64,000 nucleotides of DNA from Bdellovibrionales bacterium. GTDB lineage: Bacteria; Bdellovibrionota; Bdellovibrionia; Bdellovibrionales; UBA1609. Made by a program: the position numbers and the translations under genes. Shown here in pieces: positions 34,644 through 41,969 of this stretch (its first letter is position 1; every line of letters begins with the position of its first letter). The notes below the pieces were generated by a model, which searched no databases, had not been told where the DNA came from, and was given only the letters and a program-made list of their open reading frames with translations. The DNA lies in contig JADJNU010000001.1 of the NCBI GenBank assembly GCA_016714165.1, positions 45,130 through 109,129 on the forward strand. Direction: 5' to 3'.

Positions 34644-36339
34644 AAAATTTCTCTTTTTAGCAGGTCTCCTCTTGACCGGATGGACGGGGGGCCATGCAAG
34701 AGCTCTGACATGGAATGATGAAATAACTTCTCTCACCAATATTGAAAGCCACAATATGTTTTTTAATCAGGCTCAGGGTTTGCTGAGCCCTTTTCTAAGA
34801 CTAGAGGGATGGGATTCGGGATCTGGTCCTGACATGACCCCACTAGATATGGGCGACGGATCTCTGGGGGCGTTTTCGATAGCGACTCTTTCATTATTTG
34901 GAACTGTTGTTGGTTCTACGGTGACGATCAACACGGATGCGGCGGGATTTTATCCACTCCAAGTAACTTCATTTGATCTTCCGGCTGGGTATACACTGCG
35001 CGGAGTTGGATCCAATCCGCTCGATATTCGGAGTCAAACAGATATTGTTGTATCTGGGATCATTGATTGTTCCGGAGAAAGCGGAGAGGCCATCGGTTCA
35101 AATAATTTGGTGACATCGCAAGGTGGAACGGGTCATTGCGGAGGAGGGGCGGGCGGCAATGGCGGTTCGACAACAGTTGATCCAACAGATGGAAGTGCGG
35201 GGGGAGCGAGTCCCACAGGGGGGCTTGGCGCGAGCGCGGTCAACGGAGCACCTGCTGCCACAAACATTGGCGCGACGGGGGGCGGAGGCGGAGGGGCCTA
35301 TCGTCAGCTTGGTACCCCTGCAGAAGACGGCTATGATTCTGCAGAGACTATCTGGGTCGGAAGTGCTGGAGTTAATTTTCGCAGTGATTCATTTGGTGAG
35401 ATTGGTGGAGGCTCAGGGGGAGGCGGTGGCAGCGCTTACAATGGAAGTGATGTGGCCAATCGCTCAAATGGAGGAGGCGGAGGATCTGGTGGAGGTGTTG
35501 TCTTGCTGAGGGCAGTTCGTGACATTACCGTCTCGGGCTCCGTTTTGGCGAGAGGTGGTGATGGAGGTGGTACAACCGGGACACTTCGAGCTGGTGGTGG
35601 AGGTGGTGGAGGTGGTGGATCCATCGGGGTGTGGGCCGGAAGAAATCTGAGTTTTACGGGCGTCATTTCTGCGACAAGTGGAAATGGCGGGGCATCAGGC
35701 ATTGATTCAGCTGATTTGCCAGTTGGAAATTTTCCGCGTCAAGGAGGCGGCGGAAACGGTTCTGAAGGACGAACTTGGATTACGGATAAAGATAAGTGCA
35801 CGGCTGGGGATTGTCCTTCGACGGAAGTACCAACGACACTCCTAACTGATGAAGGTCGAGTTCTTTATCAGACGGGAACCTTTACAATTTTGTCAAAGGT
35901 CATTGATCTCAGAAATTCGCAGCCTATTTTTACTTCGGCGACTGTTTCAGGTCATGTCGGGACGGGAAGCACCATCGGAATTGAAATAGCCAGCGGCTCA
36001 ACGGATGACTTCGATGCCACTGGTTTATGGATCAGCTCATCGTCTCTGGCAGGTCAAATAATGGGCAGATATATCCGGATTAGACTCACGATTGACAATC
36101 AGGACACGACCACTGCGACTGTTGTTGATTCGATCGCTATCAATTATGAAGGGCGCTTGCAGGAGAATTTTAATCTCACCTCCACTTGTGGTGGGATAAA
36201 CGCGAATACGGGACAGTCGCCTGGCATCTTGATGTGGATTCTTTTTATGGGCTTGCCAATGGTCCTTCTTCTGGGATGGAAGTTGTACTTGCAAGATCTA
36301 CCATTCAAATCCAAATCGCAGCCCGGCAGATCCCCCTGA
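34621..36339 (+). CDS. Secreted poly-glycine solenoid-like protein with a C-terminal hydrophobic anchor
   Basis: Signal peptide MKEKSVAKKFLFLAGLLLTGWTGGHARA. Repeats GGGAGGNGGS, GGGGGSGGGVVLLRAVRDITVSGSVLARGGDGGG and GGGGGGGGGSIGVWAGRNLSFTGVISATSGNGGASG. C-terminal TCGG..GILMWILFMGLPMVLLLGWKLY. Overlaps the upstream gene by 23 nt. Confidence 0.8.
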   Translation: MKEKSVAKKFLFLAGLLLTGWTGGHARALTWNDEITSLTNIESHNMFFNQAQGLLSPFLRLEGWDSGSGPDMTPLDMGDGSLGAFSIATLSLFGTVVGSTVTINTDAAGFYPLQVTSFDLPAGYTLRGVGSNPLDIRSQTDIVVSGIIDCSGESGEAIGSNNLVTSQGGTGHCGGGAGGNGGSTTVDPTDGSAGGASPTGGLGASAVNGAPAATNIGATGGGGGGAYRQLGTPAEDGYDSAETIWVGSAGVNFRSDSFGEIGGGSGGGGGSAYNGSDVANRSNGGGGGSGGGVVLLRAVRDITVSGSVLARGGDGGGTTGTLRAGGGGGGGGGSIGVWAGRNLSFTGVISATSGNGGASGIDSADLPVGNFPRQGGGGNGSEGRTWITDKDKCTAGDCPSTEVPTTLLTDEGRVLYQTGTFTILSKVIDLRNSQPIFTSATVSGHVGTGSTIGIEIASGSTDDFDATGLWISSSSLAGQIMGRYIRIRLTIDNQDTTTATVVDSIAINYEGRLQENFNLTSTCGGINANTGQSPGILMWILFMGLPMVLLLGWKLYLQDLPFKSKSQPGRSP

Positions 36340-38811
36340 ATTGGTCTTCGATCCGGAGCCCCACTCGTAAATAAGATTGAGCTCCATCCCCGTGAAAATC
36401 TTCATTCCCCAAGCAGGAATTGAGTAATCCAGACGATGCGTCCATTGAGACGAATTTATGATATTTCCCGTGGTGACCCAGAGGGAGGACTCAACAAGAA
36501 TTCGAGGACTCATGAGTGTTGTGAAATACCCGATGGACCCTCCGTAGTTTAAAATGCTTTTCCAGGTGACGGTCTCGAGGTCAGTTCGTTCGAGAATTCC
36601 ATCTTGCTGAAAGGAGGGACCAAATCCCCAATTTTTGTGGGGATAAAAGTAAAGAACACGCAGGAGACCGGTCGAAGTCTTGAGGTCTTGTTGGAGTGGA
36701 AGCTGGCTTTTTTCCTTGGGTTGCCAATCAAAGGATCTGAGTCGAAGGTGAAAAAGGGTACGCCCCTTTTCTCTGAGGGGAATATTGATGGCGAGATCGG
36801 TTGTCACTTTCGACCATCCCTGCAAATGCCCTTTAATTTGATTTTCGCCAATTGGTCTTAAATCAACATATTCAGGAACGAAAGCAAATTGAAGGGAGTA
36901 CTCTCTCTCGTTCTGACTTGGCTGTTTAACGACTTCCGCGATTTCTGGCTGGATTGTCTGCGGAGTGGGAGATTCCTTTTGCGTGCCTAGGGAGGAATTT
37001 TCCTCTTTTGGGGGAGAAAATTTTGTTTTGAGTTCCTCACGACTTGCTTTTTTGGTTCCCTCTGGCACAGCAGGCTGACCATTTCCAGATGGCGCAATTC
37101 TGGTTTCGAATTCCTTTCTGAGATCAATCTCAGCCGCATTGCTAAAGAGGCCCATTCTTCCATTGTTTTGGCCTGCAGCCACGCGCCAATAATAGACTTG
37201 TTTAGAAAATGAATCCCAAGTGAACGATTCCTTCATAACTTTTTGAATAACAACTGGAATTTGGAAAGTGGGGTCTAGCGAAATTTCAATGATATAGAAG
37301 TCGGCACCGGGAACGGGCAGCCAATTAAAAACAGGCGCATGACTTTTCTTTTCTGATTTTGCTGTATTGAGTTCAGCGGCATCAAGTTCTGGAATTAGAA
37401 CGAGAGAGAGTTTCTTGGCAAAGTTAAGGGTTCTATTCACGAGATAAGAAAACAGGTGGCCGTTTTTTGTTTTTTCTTTGAATGAACCCTTAGCTCCCTT
37501 TTTAGGCTCAATCTTATTCTCCGAATCTTCTTCGAATTTCGTTTTCCTCTTTTTCTCTGAATCCATTTTCAAATCGAAGCTCGCTGGCTCTCGCGAAGAT
37601 GGGCCGATCAGTGTTGGTGCAGCCAAAGGATCAAGGGTTGAATAGAAAAGTTGATTGTAAGAAGGAGCAATGAGAAATCCCTCATTGTCTTCACCCACAA
37701 TGCGCCAATAGAGAGGTCCCTTCTCTTTTGATTGAAATTGAACTTGAGTCGAAGTTACAACCTCTTCATCAACTAGGACTGCGAAGTCAGGGGCTAATGA
37801 AGTCTGGAGATGATAGCGCACCGCTTGACTTGAGGGAGACCACGAAAAGATGTCTCCCACACCAAATCGGATTCGGTCGCGAGGAAGGGGTGATAGGTAA
37901 TTAATTCTTTTGCTTGGCCAGACACTCACGGGGAGTGAGGATGAGATTTGATCCCCTCGAGCGAGACTGAGGAAAAATGTACCGTTTCTGAAGGGTAGGT
38001 TAATTTCTGATTGATCAACCCCCAAACTGATGGAGGATTCCTCTCCTTCTTGACTCACTATTCGAATTGAGTCGGCCTTTCCTATCCACTTGAAATGTAA
38101 AAATACCGGAGACTTGTGAGTGTAGACACGATAGAGTTCCTTTTCAACTTCCCAGGCGAGTTCATCAGTGATTGATTGGCGGTCTCTGATTTTTCCATTA
38201 TCAATAAGGACCCTTTGACCAGCATCGAGCGAGCCAGCGGTAGGTTCATCTTGCCGATCTTCGGTGCCATTTGATTTCGGATTGATCTTGACATGTCCAG
38301 ATGCAACTTCGACCTCTATTTTTTCGTCTCCCACACTGCGAAGATTTATATCAGACCCTGCACCGGCCTCAATGACGAGTTCTCCTGCCTGAAAGTCAAT
38401 CTTTTGGTCCTTCGTTCGAGATCTCATCGTTCCGCGCGCAAATTTCAGCCGAAGGTGTTCGTCCCTTCCCGCTTCAATAGGTTCTAAGACGACAAGCGTG
38501 TTTTCGTGGAGTTGAAGTTGGATATCCTCATTTAGTTCAATTTTGGCGGAGCTGTTAGAGAGAGTCAGAAGTGAATCAAAGGAATAGAGCTGATCCTTTG
38601 GGACAGATTCCTCCCAAATTAAAGATCCTCTCGTTTTGCGTCTCACGTTTTGATTGATTTGCAGAATAGATCCGATTTTCTGTTGATTGATTGAGAGAGA
38701 ATTCAGATGCAAGGGATCAAGCGGTATAATTCCAAGATCTCCGAGCAACAAAGCAACCTCAATGATTAAGAGAGTGGTTGCTCCTGACAATAGATATCGA
38801 TCCATATTCAT
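36298..38811 (-). CDS. FecR-domain protein with Fn3-like repeats and a C-terminal beta-barrel-like region
   Basis: N-terminal TM. FecR-like segment (GSLIWEESVPKDQLYSFDSLLTLSNSSAKIELNEDIQLQLHENTLVVLE). Two YWR-containing Ig/Fn3-like modules (LYWRIVGEDNEG, VYYWRVAAGQNNG). C-terminus ...GLRFGFEW. Confidence 0.75.
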   Translation of the reverse strand: MNMDRYLLSGATTLLIIEVALLLGDLGIIPLDPLHLNSLSINQQKIGSILQINQNVRRKTRGSLIWEESVPKDQLYSFDSLLTLSNSSAKIELNEDIQLQLHENTLVVLEPIEAGRDEHLRLKFARGTMRSRTKDQKIDFQAGELVIEAGAGSDINLRSVGDEKIEVEVASGHVKINPKSNGTEDRQDEPTAGSLDAGQRVLIDNGKIRDRQSITDELAWEVEKELYRVYTHKSPVFLHFKWIGKADSIRIVSQEGEESSISLGVDQSEINLPFRNGTFFLSLARGDQISSSLPVSVWPSKRINYLSPLPRDRIRFGVGDIFSWSPSSQAVRYHLQTSLAPDFAVLVDEEVVTSTQVQFQSKEKGPLYWRIVGEDNEGFLIAPSYNQLFYSTLDPLAAPTLIGPSSREPASFDLKMDSEKKRKTKFEEDSENKIEPKKGAKGSFKEKTKNGHLFSYLVNRTLNFAKKLSLVLIPELDAAELNTAKSEKKSHAPVFNWLPVPGADFYIIEISLDPTFQIPVVIQKVMKESFTWDSFSKQVYYWRVAAGQNNGRMGLFSNAAEIDLRKEFETRIAPSGNGQPAVPEGTKKASREELKTKFSPPKEENSSLGTQKESPTPQTIQPEIAEVVKQPSQNEREYSLQFAFVPEYVDLRPIGENQIKGHLQGWSKVTTDLAINIPLREKGRTLFHLRLRSFDWQPKEKSQLPLQQDLKTSTGLLRVLYFYPHKNWGFGPSFQQDGILERTDLETVTWKSILNYGGSIGYFTTLMSPRILVESSLWVTTGNIINSSQWTHRLDYSIPAWGMKIFTGMELNLIYEWGSGSKTNSGGSAGLRFGFEW

Positions 38812-38948
38812 GTATCTATTCGGAATATTTTCACTTCTACCTGATTGGCAGAGGCAACAAAAGGAAGATTTTCTTTGGGAGGCTGGACCTTAGTCGCAAA
38901 AAGAGGATGCATGGGTTTAAGAGATAATTTTTTCGGTACAATGTAAAA

Positions 38949-39875
38949 GTGAAAAATGACAGTTCAAGGGTCCATAAAATTTTAATCGTCGAGGATGATG
39001 CAACAGTTCTTGATGTGACAAGTGAGGCCTTGGTCCAAGCCGGATTTTTGACCGAGCGGGCATCGTCCGGAGAGGCGGCCGTTGCAAAGATTGAGGAGTT
39101 TAAGCCTGATTTGATTCTGTCTGACCATGATATGCCGCAGATGACCGGTCTTGATTTGCTTAAGACACTTCGCGCCAATAAGAACTATGTGAGTGTCATT
39201 TTCATTTCGGGTCGCTCGGAACTCAGGACAATTTGTCAGGCTCTGGAGTTTGGAGCCGACGATTATCTTCGGAAGCCTTTTAGATTTGAAGAGCTCATCG
39301 CTCGCGTAAGGGGATGTCTGCGAACCAAAGAGGTTCATGAACAACTTCAGATGGCCAATGAAAGATTGCTTGAAATGGTGGATCGGGACTTCTTGACCGG
39401 TCTCTATAACATGCGCACGATGTATGAAAAAATTGACTTTGAGCTAAAAAGGGCTCGTCGGTATGATCGGCAAATTGGCGTCGTCATGATCGATATGGAT
39501 TATTTTAAGACCGTAAATGATCAAAATGATCATTTGTTTGGCAGCTACGTGCTGGCCGAGATGGGTAAGATACTTCAAGTAACGGTAAGAGAAAGTGATT
39601 ATGCCGCTCGCTACGGGGGAGATGAGTTTCTTATTGTCTTAACCGAAGTTGACCAAAATGGGGCCGGAATTTTCTGTGAGCGACTCAGAACGCAGATTGA
39701 AAATCACACATTTCGAAATGAAAACTCCAGTATAAACTTGACTATTTCCCTCGGCTACGTCGTTAGCCAAGGTGAAAATGAAGTTGATGCCAGAACAATG
39801 GTTCGTAAGGCCGATCATGCGCTCTACGAGGCCAAGAGACTTGGTCGAAATCGAGCATTTTTTGGGTCCTTATAG
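38949..39875 (+). CDS. Response regulator with GGDEF diguanylate cyclase output domain
   Basis: REC (ILIVEDDATV...LILSDHDMPQMTG...KPF). GGDEF (RYGGDEFLIVL) with an RxxD I-site (RESD) five residues upstream. Confidence 0.92.
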   Translation: MKNDSSRVHKILIVEDDATVLDVTSEALVQAGFLTERASSGEAAVAKIEEFKPDLILSDHDMPQMTGLDLLKTLRANKNYVSVIFISGRSELRTICQALEFGADDYLRKPFRFEELIARVRGCLRTKEVHEQLQMANERLLEMVDRDFLTGLYNMRTMYEKIDFELKRARRYDRQIGVVMIDMDYFKTVNDQNDHLFGSYVLAEMGKILQVTVRESDYAARYGGDEFLIVLTEVDQNGAGIFCERLRTQIENHTFRNENSSINLTISLGYVVSQGENEVDARTMVRKADHALYEAKRLGRNRAFFGSL

Positions 39876-39885
39876 GGATTATGTG

Positions 39886-39910
39886 AGCAGATAGATCTGC
39901 TATTTTTTTT
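39886..39910 (+). terminator. Rho-independent terminator
   Basis: AGCAGA-taga-TCTGCT hairpin followed by A then T8, 10 nt after the GGDEF stop. The T-run overlaps the stop of the convergent gene. Confidence 0.7.
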
Positions 39911-40514
39911 GCACCTGCGCTTCTTCTTCGGAAGAGGCACCTTCCCACCACTTCTTCCACTCGACAATTGCTCTATCGATCTTTTCCTGAGAATCCTGTG
40001 GATCGATCTGCGGTCCCTCTTTGTAGCGAATGCGAAGGACTGATGTCATTCTCTGTAGAAGGCTGGCATCTTGAGTTTTTTCGAGGGCTTTTACCAAAAC
40101 ACCGAAGTTCTCGATTGAGGGCTTTTGGCGAATAGCTTGAACGATTTCTTCTTTAAGTTTGGGATCTTCGCCCGCGTTGGTTAGCACGGAATGATATATA
40201 TGCTTGATCGCGGGAGACCAGGCAGATCCGAGTTCATGAACGGCATTCACTCTGCTGTCGGGAGCTTGAGTGTTGTCTTTTATGATAGCGAGATTTCTCG
40301 CGTGTCGATCTCGCCATAAATCCGTTGACATATCCATCAGAAAAGAGAAGGAGGAAGATGCAAGCAGCCAATTCAGCTCTGGCCTTTTGATTGCCCACAA
40401 ATTGTCATTTAGTCTGAAAAACTGATAAATCTTGTCATCAGTCCTTAACGTAAATTGATTGGTTCCCTTTGTTGCGAGAAGACTCACTCGGCCTGAAATG
40501 TCGTATTTTATCAA
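39900..40514 (-). CDS. Hypothetical protein (probable 3' part of a frameshift-split gene)
   Basis: ORF track. TTG start only. The frame stays open upstream of 40514. 77-nt overlap with the upstream ORF. Confidence 0.5.
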   Translation of the reverse strand: MIKYDISGRVSLLATKGTNQFTLRTDDKIYQFFRLNDNLWAIKRPELNWLLASSSFSFLMDMSTDLWRDRHARNLAIIKDNTQAPDSRVNAVHELGSAWSPAIKHIYHSVLTNAGEDPKLKEEIVQAIRQKPSIENFGVLVKALEKTQDASLLQRMTSVLRIRYKEGPQIDPQDSQEKIDRAIVEWKKWWEGASSEEEAQVQKK

Positions 40515-41091
40515 GCGATTCCAAAAGTTGATTAAAAATAACCCACTCAGTAAAAAATGCGGAATCTTTGTTTATCCAATCAGAGCCTTGCTTTTCGAAT
40601 TCTGCAAACAGGGCGCCGTCCTTTTCGATTTTCAGGTTTGAACCTATCTTTATATGTCCTTGATTTGGACCTGTGAACCAAGATCGATGAAGTGGCAAAT
40701 AATAGATCCCATCTCCATCCATATCACCGCACTTTTTTCCTTCAGCAACTTGTTTGAGGGACAAATAAAACTGACGTTTAATTTTCTGATTACCACGCTG
40801 TGCCTCCGCGACCAAATCTGGCTGACCCAAATTTTTGGGACACTGTCCCTCAATTTTTGCATCAAAGAAGGGAAAGAATTTGGTCAGTTGTTCTAAGGTC
40901 ACCACGGACTTTCCAATAAAGTATTTTCTTTCCCTTCGATTGATTGAAAATGTATCGTATCGAGAGCGGAAAGACCATTGATCCATTGCGTCTGCAAATG
41001 TAGTCGAGGACCAAAATAGCAAATTAAAAATGAGAAAAATTTTCGACAATTTCATCAATAGACCTCCCCTTTGCCCTTTTCGCCATGCCAT
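40438..41091 (-). CDS. Hypothetical secreted protein (probable 5' part of a frameshift-split gene)
   Basis: Signal peptide (MKLSKIFLIFNLLFWSSTTFADA from an internal ATG). It follows the TetR gene on the same strand. Confidence 0.55.
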   Translation of the reverse strand: MAWRKGQRGGLLMKLSKIFLIFNLLFWSSTTFADAMDQWSFRSRYDTFSINRRERKYFIGKSVVTLEQLTKFFPFFDAKIEGQCPKNLGQPDLVAEAQRGNQKIKRQFYLSLKQVAEGKKCGDMDGDGIYYLPLHRSWFTGPNQGHIKIGSNLKIEKDGALFAEFEKQGSDWINKDSAFFTEWVIFNQLLESLDKIRHFRPSESSRNKGNQSIYVKD

Positions 41092-41119
41092 TATTTCATG
41101 AATTCGATTTTCATTGCAA

Positions 41120-41794
41120 TCATTTCACCTCAACCATTGAATGCTTCAGTCGAGAAAAAATCTCGACAAGTTGGGATGAAATTCGATTGCGCTCTGAAGG
41201 GTCTTTGAGACTGCGACCAAAGCTTTTTTCATTGATGTGGTCCAACCTCAGTTGACTGGAGAGGCATCCAAAAAACAGGCTCGCGAGAATATAAGGGTCA
41301 AAGGATGAGCTCACAAAGCCCTTTGATTGGGAATCCTTAAAATAATGGACGATCGTTTCGATGAGATTGAGGAAATTTTCCCTAAATACTTTTTCGGCCG
41401 GAGAGTGAAGCCGATCGTACTCGCGAATAATGATAAGGCCGATATCACGATCCTCTAAAAAAAGTTTGAAAAGGCTCTCCGCGAATAGTTTGAGGCGTAG
41501 GCGATAGTCTTGGAAATTAGCGGGAGACGCGAGGAGGTCGCGAGTGAATTGCAGGCGTGTGGAGCCAATTTCCTGCAAACAGGCTCGATAGAGTCCGGCC
41601 TTTCCCTTGAAATAATAGCTAATCATACTGGAATTCATTTTCGCTTCTTTTGCTATATCACGTATGGAAGTTCCGTTGAGACCGCGGCGTGCAAAAAGTC
41701 GCTTTGCGGCCGTGATCAGAGTCCTTTTGGAGTCTAGGTCCAGACCGTCCTTTGGTCGAGACTTAATACGTTTCCCTGCTTGTTTTTGGGCCAA
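41120..41794 (-). CDS. TetR/AcrR family transcriptional regulator
   Basis: N-terminal HTH LITAAKRLFARRGLNGTSIRDIAKEAKMNSSMISYYFKGKAGLY. Confidence 0.9.
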   Translation of the reverse strand: MAQKQAGKRIKSRPKDGLDLDSKRTLITAAKRLFARRGLNGTSIRDIAKEAKMNSSMISYYFKGKAGLYRACLQEIGSTRLQFTRDLLASPANFQDYRLRLKLFAESLFKLFLEDRDIGLIIIREYDRLHSPAEKVFRENFLNLIETIVHYFKDSQSKGFVSSSFDPYILASLFFGCLSSQLRLDHINEKSFGRSLKDPSERNRISSQLVEIFSRLKHSMVEVK

Positions 41795-41880
41795 AAAATC
41801 CCCTTTTTCGAGTCAATACTGGACTTTGATTGGTGTTACAAAACGACTAAGAATCGAGTATTAATCAAAAGACTGAAAAG

Positions 41881-41898
41881 TTCAATCAATTGATTGAA
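41881..41898. promoter_or_regulatory. Perfect 18-bp palindrome TTCAATCAATTGATTGAA, candidate TetR operator
   Basis: Verified base by base. It lies in the 175-bp divergent region between the TetR gene and fadE. Confidence 0.45.
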
Positions 41899-41969
41899 TT
41901 CAAAAAGGTATTGAACTAAAACCTAATTAAACCAGCGAAGTGAGTTTCTCTTTCTTTTGGGAATGAGTT

